Shown here: positions 20,167 to 30,804 of the stretch, in pieces
How positions within the stretch are numbered: position 1 is the stretch's first letter
Layout of the letters: each line of letters begins with the position of its first letter
Assembly (NCBI GenBank): GCA_963666985.2
Contig: CAXXIA010000001.1
Coordinates: 864,001 to 928,000, forward strand
Source: Spirochaetia bacterium
GTDB lineage: Bacteria; Spirochaetota; Spirochaetia; DSM-2461
Length of the DNA: 64,000 nucleotides
Direction: 5' to 3'
Program-made: the position numbers and the translations under genes
Notes under the pieces: generated by a model
Told to the model about the DNA's origin: nothing
Database searches by the model: none
Seen by the model: the letters and a program-made list of their open reading frames with translations, nothing else

Positions 20167-21169
20167 GAAAATCCTTTTCATCACCGCATGCGTCTGCGTT
20201 TCTTTTTCCGCGCATGCCGAAAACTCCGCCGGATACGGGCTTCTCGCCGATGCCGCGGCCGATGAGTCGTTTCCAAAGATTCATGCCGTCTCGGAGGGAC
20301 ACCCGCCCGCAGCGCTTTGGGATGAAGATCCTTCAAGTTCGGGCTGGATTTTCAGGATCGGCGGAGAATTCGTTTCTCCCTCGGACAGCGATTGGGTCAG
20401 AGAAGATCGCGGTACCGAATCGGGGCGAATCCTCTCGTATTCGAATAAAGTGTATTCGTTTGAACAAAGAGTCTTTATTTCGGCCGAAAAAACTCATGCT
20501 AAAGTCGTTATGAAGTTCTTTAACAACAGCACCGATGCGGTTGAGATTGTCCCGATGCTCCTGCTCGATACCGTTCTGGGAGAAACAACGGGCCTTCCTT
20601 TTCTGCTTTCCGGCGGAACATACCTTAAGGAGGAAACCCTTCTTGCAGGTTCCGATATTCCCGATTGGATTAAAACGGTCAGGGATTCGTCAACGCCGGT
20701 ACTGACGATTTCCTTCGCCGACAAAATCTCCGATACGCCCGATTCCCTCATCGCGGCGAATTGGCTGAGGTTGAAGCAAAGCGGCATGTCGTTGAGGCCT
20801 CAACGCGGCCGGAATTTCGATTATCTTCCGTTCTCCGAAGCCGACAGCGCTCTTCTTATCGGATACGGTTCGAAAAAAATCAATTCCGGAGATTCCATGG
20901 AAATTACCGTCGTTTTCGGACTTGACGAAAACGTCCCGAGGCCGGAGGAATTCAACCGGGCGGTGAATGCGGCACTCGATGCCGGCCGCGAGAACACTCG
21001 GCTTAGGGAGTATGCCGTCAGACAGAGACTCAGAGAAATTGAATCGACGATTTCCGCCATTGATTCTCTGCTGGCCGATGAAGGAATGATAAACGCCGAT
21101 AATGTAATCGATATAGAGAAGAAAACCGGACAACAAGAGAGGCTTCGCGCGGAGTATGAGAACCTATAA
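20156..21169 (+). CDS. Hypothetical exported protein with C-terminal coiled coil
   Basis: Signal peptide ending AHA; overlaps both neighbours, consistent with translational coupling. Confidence 0.65.
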   Translation: MSVRKILFITACVCVSFSAHAENSAGYGLLADAAADESFPKIHAVSEGHPPAALWDEDPSSSGWIFRIGGEFVSPSDSDWVREDRGTESGRILSYSNKVYSFEQRVFISAEKTHAKVVMKFFNNSTDAVEIVPMLLLDTVLGETTGLPFLLSGGTYLKEETLLAGSDIPDWIKTVRDSSTPVLTISFADKISDTPDSLIAANWLRLKQSGMSLRPQRGRNFDYLPFSEADSALLIGYGSKKINSGDSMEITVVFGLDENVPRPEEFNRAVNAALDAGRENTRLREYAVRQRLREIESTISAIDSLLADEGMINADNVIDIEKKTGQQERLRAEYENL

Positions 21170-22235
21170 CAGAGATCTCAAGCGCGCCAGAAGATGGCTT
21201 GCATCCGGGCGGAGTACCAAGGTTATCCGCTATTTGGAACCGAAAGTCCCTCTTTTTTTGGAAGACCCCGACTATTACGCCATTCTGGGCAGATCGTGTC
21301 TTGAAGCCGGTCTCTTGAAAGACGCCGATACCTATCTGAACAGGGGATTGCAGGCCGATCCGGTGAATGTGGAAATCAGGCTGACTCTGGCTGTTAATCA
21401 TCTGAAAAGAAAAGATCCCGCCGCCGCCGTAAGAACTTGGCTTGAAGTCCTGGAAGATCATCGGGACGACAAGTATGCGAATCGGGGCTTAAAAACAATG
21501 AAGAGCATAACCAGCCAGGAAGCTCAGGATAAATTTATCGCCTCATTTTCACCGAGAAGGTTTCTCCCCGACATCAGGTCGCGCTGGCCTGCCGGGATTC
21601 TTACGGTTCTGATTATTCTGCTGCTTTTTTTGATGGGACTGTATTTTCTTGAGGAAATCGGTTCCGTTGTGTCTTCCTTGTCCGATCGGACGCATCGTTT
21701 GGGCAGCGAGCGGTTTATAGTCGATCAAAAAGGTCCGCTGACCACCGATTCCGCGAACATTCCCTATCCGATGAGCGATGGGGAAGTCACTCAAACGATG
21801 AAAAAGGCCATGAAGCATTTTCAGGCCTATGAAGATAATCAAGCCAGATTCGAATTGAATAAAATCATGAATTCAAACGCCTCCGCGGAAATCCGGGATC
21901 AGGCCGAAGGCTTAATCGAAAGCTTGCGGGAGCCTGAGATTGAGGGATTCGAGAATTCTTTCGATTATGCGGACGTGGAATCCTTACCGGCTCTTTATGA
22001 GGGCTGCTGGGTTCTGTGGCGGGGTATGACGGCCAATGTCCTCTATGATAACGATGCGATTCGATTCGACTTTCTTGTCGGATTTGATGAAGGCCGGATT
22101 CTCGAAGGACGTGTTCCCGTGGAAATTCCCTTTCTGACGGTGATGGAACCGCTTCCTTTGGAACTGCTTGCCAGGGTGGAAAATCGGGAAGACGGATTCC
22201 ATCTTATCGCCAAGACGCTTCATTTTTTACGCTGA
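21156..22235 (+). CDS. Membrane-anchored TPR protein
   Basis: N-terminal TPRs, single TM segment (ILTVLIILLLFLMGLYFL), C-terminal domain. Confidence 0.7.
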   Translation: MRTYNRDLKRARRWLASGRSTKVIRYLEPKVPLFLEDPDYYAILGRSCLEAGLLKDADTYLNRGLQADPVNVEIRLTLAVNHLKRKDPAAAVRTWLEVLEDHRDDKYANRGLKTMKSITSQEAQDKFIASFSPRRFLPDIRSRWPAGILTVLIILLLFLMGLYFLEEIGSVVSSLSDRTHRLGSERFIVDQKGPLTTDSANIPYPMSDGEVTQTMKKAMKHFQAYEDNQARFELNKIMNSNASAEIRDQAEGLIESLREPEIEGFENSFDYADVESLPALYEGCWVLWRGMTANVLYDNDAIRFDFLVGFDEGRILEGRVPVEIPFLTVMEPLPLELLARVENREDGFHLIAKTLHFLR

Positions 22236-22266
22236 ACATCCGTATAGGGAAATTTAAACGCATCTC

Positions 22267-22296
22267 TTGCGAACCGGAAGTGTTGGCGGGTATGAT
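22267..22296 (+). promoter_or_regulatory. Putative sigma70 promoter for recA
   Basis: TTGCGA-18 nt-TATGAT. Confidence 0.5.
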
Positions 22297-22355
22297 GGAG
22301 TCGAATTCTCAAGCGACAGCGCCTCGGCGGCAGTCAATACGTTAGAGAGGCAGAC

Positions 22356-23480
22356 ATGGCAAAAAAGATGGAAACGGTATCGGCTCCCGCTTCGGGAGAA
22401 CGGGAAAAAGCGGTTGAAGCCGCAAGAATGCAGATAGAGAAGCAGTTTGGAAAAGGATCTCTCATGAAAATGGGAGAAAAGCGCCGAGTGAGGATTGAAA
22501 CCATTCCTTCGGGGTCCATTCTGCTCGACGAAGCCTTAAGCGTGGGCGGGTATCCCAAAGGGCGCATCGTCGAAATATACGGTCCGGAATCCTCCGGAAA
22601 AACGACCTTGGCTCTTCATGCCATCGCGGAGGCTCAGAAGGCGGGCGGGATTGCGGCGTTCATCGACGCCGAGCATGCTCTGGATCCCATCTACGCCGGC
22701 AACCTCGGGGTTGATGTGGATAATCTCTGGCTCAGTCAGCCGGATACGGGCGAACAGGCCCTGGAAATCGCCGAATCCCTGGTGCGATCGGGCGGCATCG
22801 ACATTATCGTGGTCGATTCGGTCGCCGCCTTAACGCCTCAGGCGGAAATTGATGGAGACATGGGCGATTCTCACGTCGGCCTGCAGGCCAGGCTGATGAG
22901 TCAGGCGCTTCGCAAGCTGACCGGAACCATCAGCAAATCCGGCTGCTGTCTTATTTTCATCAATCAGATTCGGATGAAAATCGGCGTTATGTTCGGAAAT
23001 CCGGAAACCACGACCGGAGGGAACGCACTGAAATTCTATTCTTCGGTGCGTCTTGAGGTTCGGAGGATCGAAACCATCACCAAAGGGCAGGATAACGCCA
23101 TCGGGAATCGCGTCAGGGTTAAGGTTGTTAAGAATAAAGTTGCGCCGCCGTTCCGGCGCGCGGAGCTTGAAATCATATTCGGCAAAGGCATTTCCATGAG
23201 CGGGAGTCTGCTCGACGCGGCCGTAACGCAGGATTATATTTCGAAAAGCGGCAGCTGGTATTCCCTGGGAGATCAGCGCATAGGGCAGGGCAGGGAGAAC
23301 GCCAAACAGTACCTTGAGGATAATCCCGAAGTCGCGGCCGAACTGGATACCAAGCTTCGCGCGAAACTCTTTCCCGCCCTGGAGCCCGTTAAAGAATCGG
23401 CAACACCCGCAAAGCCGGAAGCGGCGGCGAAAAAACCCTCCGCGGCCGACGGCGGCGGAAACCTGTTTGAGAAACCGTGA
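22356..23480 (+). CDS. recA: Recombinase A
   Basis: [39 protein letters not shown]. Confidence 0.99.
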   Translation: MAKKMETVSAPASGEREKAVEAARMQIEKQFGKGSLMKMGEKRRVRIETIPSGSILLDEALSVGGYPKGRIVEIYGPESSGKTTLALHAIAEAQKAGGIAAFIDAEHALDPIYAGNLGVDVDNLWLSQPDTGEQALEIAESLVRSGGIDIIVVDSVAALTPQAEIDGDMGDSHVGLQARLMSQALRKLTGTISKSGCCLIFINQIRMKIGVMFGNPETTTGGNALKFYSSVRLEVRRIETITKGQDNAIGNRVRVKVVKNKVAPPFRRAELEIIFGKGISMSGSLLDAAVTQDYISKSGSWYSLGDQRIGQGRENAKQYLEDNPEVAAELDTKLRAKLFPALEPVKESATPAKPEAAAKKPSAADGGGNLFEKP

Positions 23481-23971
23481 GTATCGTTTGGCTTGGACTC
23501 GGTTCGAATATCGGTGATAGGAAAGCCCATATCGAATCGGCGCTTAAGGCTCTTGATTCTCTGCTTCGAGAATTGGTCAGGGCTCCGCTTTACGAAACAT
23601 CGCCTCGTGATTTTGAGGATCAGGATGATTTCCTCAATACGGTTGTTCGCGGATTGTCCGATCTTCCGCCTTCGGAGTTCCTGGCCCGCATTCAGGAAAT
23701 TGAGTACGATGGAGGACGGACAAGAGACGGTATTCCCAAGGGGCCGAGAACCATCGATATCGATATTCTCCTCTGGGACGATTCGATTATCGAAACGGGA
23801 ACGGACGAGAGAAATCTCATCGTGCCTCATCAGGCCATGCACGAAAGGCTTTTCGTGCTGAAGCCTCTGCTTGATCTAAATCCGGCTCTCGTTGATCCGA
23901 GGGACGGCATTTCCTGGGCCGATAAGGCCTCGCGCCTGAACTCACAACAGGTTATGCTGTATAAAATATGA
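23477..23971 (+). CDS. folK: 2-amino-4-hydroxy-6-hydroxymethyldihydropteridine diphosphokinase
   Basis: [22 protein letters not shown]...ERLFVLKPL. Confidence 0.95.
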   Translation: MSIVWLGLGSNIGDRKAHIESALKALDSLLRELVRAPLYETSPRDFEDQDDFLNTVVRGLSDLPPSEFLARIQEIEYDGGRTRDGIPKGPRTIDIDILLWDDSIIETGTDERNLIVPHQAMHERLFVLKPLLDLNPALVDPRDGISWADKASRLNSQQVMLYKI

Positions 23972-24747
23972 GTGATGAAAACGATCTGGAATCGGACGGA
24001 CACGAGGCGGCGGGACCGAAATACCGTCTCGATCATTTTGAAGGACCTCTGGATCTCTTACTATTCCTGATACGTAAAAACGAAGTCAGTATTTACGATA
24101 TTCCCGTTGCTGAAATCACGGAGCAGTTTCTCGAATACCTCCGGTATTCTTCACCCATAGATTTGGACGGCGTTTCCGAATTTTATCTGATGGCCTCGAC
24201 CTTGCTGTACATCAAATCGAAGATGCTGCTGCCCATCGAAGTCGATATGGACGATGAACTCGAAGATCCGCGGCAGGAATTGGTCCAGCGGCTCATTGAA
24301 TACGAACGGTTCCGCAAACTCACCGATCTTATGGCCGAAAGAGAAGCCGAAGCCGACTGGATTGTGGAACGAAAAAGAACTCAAGCCGTTCTTCCTTTTC
24401 CCGACGAGGATGATCTTTGGGAACGCGTTGATACTTGGGATCTTTTGAAGAGTTTCGGAAAGGTCATGAAAGAACTCGGAGGCGAGAAAGTCATCAGCCT
24501 CTGGGAAGAAGTCTCCATAAATGAGAAAATTGCGCTTATTCACGAATATCTTGAAGACAGAAGAGAATTCAACTTCGACGATTTGCTGGTGAATCCCGGA
24601 TCGCTGATGGAGGTGGTCAGTGCTTTTCTCGCGGTTTTGGAGACCGTAAAGGCCGGCATAATCGATGTTTGGCAGAACAGACTTTTTGGTGATATACGGA
24701 TTACATCTTCTTCCAGGCGGAAGAATGAAGACGCCGAATCGGCCTAG
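23968..24747 (+). CDS. scpA: Segregation and condensation protein A
   Basis: FEGPLDLLLFLI, DPRQELVQRLIEY. Confidence 0.95.
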   Translation: MSDENDLESDGHEAAGPKYRLDHFEGPLDLLLFLIRKNEVSIYDIPVAEITEQFLEYLRYSSPIDLDGVSEFYLMASTLLYIKSKMLLPIEVDMDDELEDPRQELVQRLIEYERFRKLTDLMAEREAEADWIVERKRTQAVLPFPDEDDLWERVDTWDLLKSFGKVMKELGGEKVISLWEEVSINEKIALIHEYLEDRREFNFDDLLVNPGSLMEVVSAFLAVLETVKAGIIDVWQNRLFGDIRITSSSRRKNEDAESA

Positions 24748-24780
24748 CGGGCCGTTGTAAGGAACAAAGAAGGAGCGGAA

Positions 24781-25326
24781 ATGGATTTTGTCGAAGAGGC
24801 GGCCATTATTGAAGCGGTCCTGCTACTGGAAGTGGAACCGATAGAGGAAGCCTTTATCGCGCGAATTACCGGACTTGATAAAACGGTTGTTGAACGCTCA
24901 TTGGCGGTATTGGCCGAAAGGTATGCGGCTGACGAGTTCGGCATAGAGCCGGTTCGGATCGCCGGAGGATGGTCGTTTGCTCCCAAGGAACGTCTGTGGA
25001 CGGTTCTCAAACAGCGCTACGGCAGACACAGGGACGATCGGCTTTCGCGGGCCGCATTGGAAACTCTCTCGATAATCGCGTATTCTCAGCCTCTTACCAG
25101 GGTTGAAATTGAAAATATCCGCGGCGTCGGCGCGGACGGCATGATCCGGGCGCTGAAAGAAAAGGATCTGATTAAGGAAGTGGGGCGTAAAGATACTCCG
25201 GGGAAACCCGTTCTTTACGGAACAACAAAGGAGTTTCTGAAGATTTTCAGGCTGGAAAGTATCGCCGAACTTCCGAAACTCGATGAACTCGATGAAAACA
25301 AATTTGCAGTCGATGGAAAAGAATGA
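24781..25326 (+). CDS. scpB: Segregation and condensation protein B
   Basis: LSRAALETLSIIAYSQP, PGKPVLYGTTKEFL. Confidence 0.95.
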   Translation: MDFVEEAAIIEAVLLLEVEPIEEAFIARITGLDKTVVERSLAVLAERYAADEFGIEPVRIAGGWSFAPKERLWTVLKQRYGRHRDDRLSRAALETLSIIAYSQPLTRVEIENIRGVGADGMIRALKEKDLIKEVGRKDTPGKPVLYGTTKEFLKIFRLESIAELPKLDELDENKFAVDGKE

Positions 25327-26065
25327 AGCGGAAGCCGTAAGGCTCCAGGTGAGATTGGCCCGAGCCGGATTGGCCTCGCGTCGGAAATGTGAAGAATTTA
25401 TCGCCGAAGGACGTGTTACGGTTAATGGAAAAACCGTGATTAAGCCGGGTACGAAGGTAACGGATGAAGATGAAGTCCTTTTCGACGGCCGTCCGGTCAG
25501 AGATGAAAAAAGAAAAGTGTATATCGCTCTTCATAAACCGGCCGGATTTCTCTGTTCCGATTCGGATCCGGACGGGCGTCCTTTGGCCAAGAGTCTTTTA
25601 AATGTCGTCGTCAATGAAAGGATCTTTCATGTCGGACGGCTTGACTACATGACCAGCGGCCTTATTTTTTATACGAACGACGGCGAGTTTTCCCGCGCGC
25701 TGACGCATCCGTCGAAAAAAATTGAAAAAGAATACATCGTTACGACGAAAAACGAGATTCCCGAAACTCTGATTAATCGATTCCTGGAGGGAATCGTCGT
25801 CGATGGTATACGTTACAAAGCTTCGGAAGCGGAACTTACCGGCCCCAGAACCGCCAGGATTGTTCTTACGGAAGGAAAAAACAGAGAATTGCGCCGTGTT
25901 TTTCTTTCGGCGTCCGCGCGAATCAAAAAAGTGCATAGGGTAAGAATCGGACCGATACGGCTTAAAGGAATTGCCCCCGGCAGATTCAGATATTTAAAGG
26001 ACAAAGAAGTTAAAGCCCTCATGGAATACGCCGTTCGGGGAGGTCGCCATGGTCGTCGCCATTGA
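25313..26065 (+). CDS. rluB: S4-domain rRNA pseudouridine synthase (RluB/RsuA family)
   Basis: S4 domain (RLQVRLARAGLASRR), catalytic GRLD, EGKNREL. Confidence 0.88.
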   Translation: MEKNEAEAVRLQVRLARAGLASRRKCEEFIAEGRVTVNGKTVIKPGTKVTDEDEVLFDGRPVRDEKRKVYIALHKPAGFLCSDSDPDGRPLAKSLLNVVVNERIFHVGRLDYMTSGLIFYTNDGEFSRALTHPSKKIEKEYIVTTKNEIPETLINRFLEGIVVDGIRYKASEAELTGPRTARIVLTEGKNRELRRVFLSASARIKKVHRVRIGPIRLKGIAPGRFRYLKDKEVKALMEYAVRGGRHGRRH

Positions 26066-26687
26066 TGGTCCGGCCGGTGTGGGAAAAAGTTCCCTCGCTT
26101 CCAGGATTGCCGAGGGATTCGGTTTCTTCAACCTCAATTCCGGTTCGTTTTATCGGGCCATGGCGGTAAGAGCGCTTGATGCAGGTGTCGATATCAGCGA
26201 TGAGAATGCCGTTGCGAAAATGGCCGATTCGGCGAAGTTCGATATTATTAAGGGCCGTCTTTATATGGATGGAAACGATATGGAGAACCGCCTTCGAACG
26301 GACGAAGTGGACCATTGGTCTTCGGTTGTCTCCACGATCGTTCCCCTCCGGCATGCGGTGAACCGTCATTTGAGAACGCTTGCTAAAAGTATGGACCTTG
26401 TGGCCGAAGGAAGAGACATGACAACCGTTGTTTTTCCGGACGCCGAAGTGAAGATCTATCTTGATGCCGATCCTTCGGTGCGCGCGAAGCGGCGTTTTGA
26501 ACAGGGAACCAGCGGCCGGAGCCTGGAGGAATTGGAGCGTTCCATACGAATCCGGGACGAACGGGATAAGAATAAGAAGGAAGGATCTTTGGTGATTGCC
26601 GAGGGAGCTCTTGTAATTGATACCTCCGCCTTGACCTTAGATCAGGTTTATGAGAAAGTGACCGGGTTGATTAATACCTACCTATAA
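26049..26687 (+). CDS. cmk: Cytidylate kinase
   Basis: AIDGPAGVGKSS, EGRDMTTVVFPDA. Confidence 0.96.
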   Translation: MVVAIDGPAGVGKSSLASRIAEGFGFFNLNSGSFYRAMAVRALDAGVDISDENAVAKMADSAKFDIIKGRLYMDGNDMENRLRTDEVDHWSSVVSTIVPLRHAVNRHLRTLAKSMDLVAEGRDMTTVVFPDAEVKIYLDADPSVRAKRRFEQGTSGRSLEELERSIRIRDERDKNKKEGSLVIAEGALVIDTSALTLDQVYEKVTGLINTYL

Positions 26688-26708
26688 AACCTTTTTCCAG
26701 GAGAAAAC

Positions 26709-28406
26709 ATGCCCGAATCGGATGCCTTCGCTCAGGAGAGCAATCAAAATCAACTTCAGGAATTGTACCTGAAGGCCCTCGATGAAATAGAGGAAGGTGG
26801 AATTATCGAGGGAGAAGTTATTCAAGTCGATAGTGAATATGTCTATCTCGATCTTGGTCTCAAATCGGACGGCAAAGTGCCCATTGACGAATTCAAGGTA
26901 ATTCCCTCGGTTGGGGATACCATTGAAACGGTTCTTGTAAAACGGGAAGGCCGTCACGGCGAAGTCGTTATCTCCAAGAAAAAAGCGGATATGAAAGTGT
27001 TTTGGAAAACACTGCGAGATGCCTTTGAAGCCAAAGAACCCGTTAACGGAACCGTTGTTAAAGCGGTGAAGGGCGGATTCGAAGTGGATCTCGGCTACGA
27101 TGTCAAAGCTTTTTGTCCCATCAGCAAGATGGATGTTCAGAGAATCGAGGAACCGGAAGAATATATCGGTCTTGAGTCGCCGTTTATGATTGATCGGCTG
27201 TACAGCGAAAAGAAGGTGAACATCGTTCTCACCCGCCGCCAATGGCTCGAACAGCGAACGGAAGATAATAGAAACAAATTCTTTGAAACGGTGGCAATCG
27301 GAGATGAGGTTGAAGGAACCGTAAAGAGTTTCACTTCTTTCGGCGCGTTCATCGACCTTGGAGGTTTTGATGGCTTGCTGCATATCAATGATATGAGCTG
27401 GGGCCATGTAACACGTCCTAAAGATTACGTTAAGAAAAATGAGAAGATAAAACTCAAGGTGATCCGTCTGGATCCTCAAGAGAAAAAAATAAATCTTTCG
27501 CTGAAGCATTTTCTGGCCGATCCGTGGTCCACATTCGAGGCCAAGTACCATGTTGATCAGGTTATCAAAGGCCGCGTAACCAAGCTTACCGATTTCGGCG
27601 CCTTTATCGAAATTGAAGAAGGAATCGAAGGACTTGCGCATATATCCGAACTTTCGTGGGTTAAGCGAATCAAGCATCCCAGAGAGCTCTTTAACATCGG
27701 TGACGAATGCGAGGCAATGATCCTTGGTTACGATATCCCTCAGGGACGGATTTCATTGGGCCTGAAGCAGGTTCTGCCCAATCCTTGGGATGAAATCGAG
27801 ACGAAGTTCCCCGTCGGCACTCAAGGCGAGTGGCTGGTTAAGAAAATCACCAATGCGGGTGCTTTTGTCGAACTTGAAGAAGGCATTGACGCCTTTCTCC
27901 ACGCCGACGATCTTTCCTGGACCAAGAAAGTCAGGAATGTCGGAAGTGTTCTTACCGAGGGTGAAAAAGTCAAAGCCGTCATCATCAGCGTTAACCCCGA
28001 GGAACGGCGGATTCGTCTGGGCGTAAAACAGCTTGAAAACGATCCGTGGGCTTCCTTCCATGATAAGCACCCGCGCGGCTCCATCGTTGAAGGTGAAATT
28101 ACCGGTAAAACCGATTTTGGAATCTTCGTGAAAGTCGAAGGCGATATCGAAGGTCTTATCCATAAGAATAATTTGACCGAAAACCGCGACGAGGATGCCG
28201 AAGCCAAGCTGGCTTCCCTGAATATCGGCGACAAAATCAAAGCGTCGGTAACCGAAGTCAATACCGGCAAGCAGAAACTCTCTTTGTCCGTCCGTGAGAT
28301 GAAGTACCGCGAAGAGCGGGCTGAAATATCGAAGTATATGGACAGCGACGAGGAATCCGGAGATTCCTACACCTTGGCGGATATGCTTAAGGATAAAGGG
28401 GACTGA
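26709..28406 (+). CDS. rpsA: 30S ribosomal protein S1
   Basis: Six S1 repeats (FGAFIDLGGFDGLLHI etc.); follows cmk. Confidence 0.97.
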   Translation: MPESDAFAQESNQNQLQELYLKALDEIEEGGIIEGEVIQVDSEYVYLDLGLKSDGKVPIDEFKVIPSVGDTIETVLVKREGRHGEVVISKKKADMKVFWKTLRDAFEAKEPVNGTVVKAVKGGFEVDLGYDVKAFCPISKMDVQRIEEPEEYIGLESPFMIDRLYSEKKVNIVLTRRQWLEQRTEDNRNKFFETVAIGDEVEGTVKSFTSFGAFIDLGGFDGLLHINDMSWGHVTRPKDYVKKNEKIKLKVIRLDPQEKKINLSLKHFLADPWSTFEAKYHVDQVIKGRVTKLTDFGAFIEIEEGIEGLAHISELSWVKRIKHPRELFNIGDECEAMILGYDIPQGRISLGLKQVLPNPWDEIETKFPVGTQGEWLVKKITNAGAFVELEEGIDAFLHADDLSWTKKVRNVGSVLTEGEKVKAVIISVNPEERRIRLGVKQLENDPWASFHDKHPRGSIVEGEITGKTDFGIFVKVEGDIEGLIHKNNLTENRDEDAEAKLASLNIGDKIKASVTEVNTGKQKLSLSVREMKYREERAEISKYMDSDEESGDSYTLADMLKDKGD

Positions 28407-28468
28407 ACTACCGCGGTAGAGCGCCGTTGAAGCGGCGTAATACCGCGTGAAGTCGTGGGGTACTCATC

Positions 28469-29992
28469 ATGCCTAAGGCAAGCGACGATGTCCGTAGACT
28501 GGAAACCCTCATTGAAATCAATGCCCTTATCAATTCCCAATACAAGGATGTAAGGGTATTGCTTTCAAGGATTATGGAATCGGCGGAACGGCTTATAGGT
28601 TCGGATGCGTCTTCACTCCTTTTGGTTGATACCGGTACGGGTCGGCTGTTTTTTGAAATTGCTCTTGGCGACAAAGGCGAAGACGTAAAAAAATACATCC
28701 TTCAAAAAGGCGAAGGGATAGCCGGCTGGGTTGCGCAAAACGACCGGTCCCTTGTTGTCAACGAACCTGAAAATGACCCGCGTCATTTTTCCGTAATATC
28801 CGAGGATACCGGATATAAGACAAAAAATCTTATTGCCGTACCCATGCGCGCGAAAGAAGAAGTCATCGGAGTTCTTGAAGTCATCAATAAATCCAACGGT
28901 GAGAATTTTGATGATGATGATCTTTGGCTTCTTGAAGTTCTGGCGGATCAGGCGTCAATCGCCGTTCAGAACGCACGGGAATACGGGCGTGTGAGCAACG
29001 AACTGGATTCATTGCGGCATGAAATGGCGGTCGGGGTGAATCCCGGAGAAAAGCCGATTATATGGAAGAGTCCCATCACCGGAAAAGTTGTCGCAGCGGC
29101 CGATAAAATTGCGGCCGCCGATTCACCGGTGCTTATTCTTGGGGAAAGCGGCACGGGAAAAGAGCTTCTTGCCGAACGGATTCATGCGTTCTCCAAAAGA
29201 TCGGCCGAGCCCATGGTTAAGGTCAACTGCGCGGCAATCCCGAACGAATTATTGGAATCGGAACTCTTCGGCTATGAGAAAGGCGCATTTACCGATGCGG
29301 TTAGAGACCGGCAGGGATTTTTTGAACGGGCCGACGGAGGAACGCTGTTTCTTGATGAGATAGGAGATCTTCCTTACGCGGCCCAAGGGAAACTTTTACG
29401 TGTTCTCCAGGACGGACGATTCCAAAGAGTCGGCGGAGAGAGCGACCTAAAGGTCAATGTCAGGGTTATCGCAGCAACGAATAAAAACCTTGCTTCGGAA
29501 GTCGCCGCCGGAACTTTCCGGCAGGATCTGTATTACCGCCTGGCCGTTTTCCCTCTGGAAATGCCGCCATTGCGTGAAAGGCCGGAAGACATTGAGGCTC
29601 TTTCGCGTCATTTTTTAGCATCGTTCCAGAAATCAAATCTTAACGCGCCGAGAAATTTCAGTCTTGAAGCCATTGAGGTCTTGCTGTCTTACAGATGGCC
29701 GGGTAATGTCAGAGAGCTTCAGAATGCCGTGGAACGTTCCGTTATAATCGGCCGGGGAAAAGAAACCATTACGCCGGCCGATTTGGGACTGCCCGGACGG
29801 ATTAAAAAAGACGATGATTACCGGGGGAAAACGCTTAAGGAATCCATCAACCTTTTTAAGAAGAATTTCGTCAGAGAGGTTCTGAACGCCAACGGAGGAA
29901 ATCAGACTCTTTCCGCGGAAGCTCTCGGTATACAGCGGACATACTTGTCCAGAATGATTAAAGAACTGAACATCGCCGGGGATACGGAATAA
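28469..29992 (+). CDS. GAF-domain sigma54-dependent transcriptional activator
   Basis: N-terminal GAF domain (GEGIAGWV, VIGVLEVINK); AAA+ motifs GESGTGKE, ESELFG, GAFTDA, LFLDEIG, WPGNVREL; Fis-type HTH. Confidence 0.93.
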   Translation: MPKASDDVRRLETLIEINALINSQYKDVRVLLSRIMESAERLIGSDASSLLLVDTGTGRLFFEIALGDKGEDVKKYILQKGEGIAGWVAQNDRSLVVNEPENDPRHFSVISEDTGYKTKNLIAVPMRAKEEVIGVLEVINKSNGENFDDDDLWLLEVLADQASIAVQNAREYGRVSNELDSLRHEMAVGVNPGEKPIIWKSPITGKVVAAADKIAAADSPVLILGESGTGKELLAERIHAFSKRSAEPMVKVNCAAIPNELLESELFGYEKGAFTDAVRDRQGFFERADGGTLFLDEIGDLPYAAQGKLLRVLQDGRFQRVGGESDLKVNVRVIAATNKNLASEVAAGTFRQDLYYRLAVFPLEMPPLRERPEDIEALSRHFLASFQKSNLNAPRNFSLEAIEVLLSYRWPGNVRELQNAVERSVIIGRGKETITPADLGLPGRIKKDDDYRGKTLKESINLFKKNFVREVLNANGGNQTLSAEALGIQRTYLSRMIKELNIAGDTE

Positions 29993-30026
29993 TCCGTCCG
30001 CGTCGATTTCCGAGGAGATGCATTAA

Positions 30027-30692
30027 ATGAAGTACCAGGAAGAAGAACTTACCTTAAAAGAACGCGTCAATTCTTCCCTTTCCCGACATTGGAAATTCGC
30101 CGTTTTAATCCTGTCGCTTGTCGTTGTTGCCATGGCCGCCATCCTTGTTGTTGATAAGGTCGACAGTAACCGTAAAGCCGATGCCGCCGTTCTTGCGGAA
30201 GATATTCAGGACGCATACGTTGAATGGATACGTTCGGCCGAGGGCGAACGGGATGAGCAAGCCCTTGATAAGCTTATTTCGCAAGCTCTCGATGAATACC
30301 CGAAGACCTTTGCGGCTCAAAGAGCCTATTTTACGCGCGGATTGATGGCCCTGGAAAACGAGGAATGGACTAAAGCCGCCGAGGCTTTTGAAACTCTCAG
30401 CTTAAAATGGAAAGAGAGTTATTTAACGCCGGTCAGTCTGTTTAATGCGGGAACGGCCAGAGAAGAAGCCGGCGAAATCGATAAAGCGAAAGAACTTTGG
30501 ATGAGACTTGTCGATGATTATTCCGGTCTTTCTCCCGACGCGCCGGAAACTTTGTTCAACCTCGGCCGAATATCGGAGTCCAGCGGTGATAACGAAGCGG
30601 CTGTCGGATTCTATAAAGACATCGCTTCCCAGTATCCCGAGAGTCGGTGGACGGACCTCGCCAAAAGCCGTATTCTGGTTATTGAAGGTTAA
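30027..30692 (+). CDS. Membrane-anchored TPR protein (YfgM-like topology)
   Basis: One N-terminal TM segment followed by TPR repeats; SD GAGGAG. Confidence 0.75.
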   Translation: MKYQEEELTLKERVNSSLSRHWKFAVLILSLVVVAMAAILVVDKVDSNRKADAAVLAEDIQDAYVEWIRSAEGERDEQALDKLISQALDEYPKTFAAQRAYFTRGLMALENEEWTKAAEAFETLSLKWKESYLTPVSLFNAGTAREEAGEIDKAKELWMRLVDDYSGLSPDAPETLFNLGRISESSGDNEAAVGFYKDIASQYPESRWTDLAKSRILVIEG

Positions 30693-30804
30693 GAGCCATT
30701 CCCTTATATAAAGGGATACGCAATCAACCAATGCCGGACTGAAGAAAATCGGCGGGAAGTAAAATCTTTCCGCCGAATGAATAATTCCGGACGGGGGTAT
30801 TCCC

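Noticed and set aside
22271..22285. Possible LexA box (GAAC...GTT) in the recA promoter
   Set aside because: Spacing and sequence do not fit GAAC-N4-GTTC or another SOS box I know
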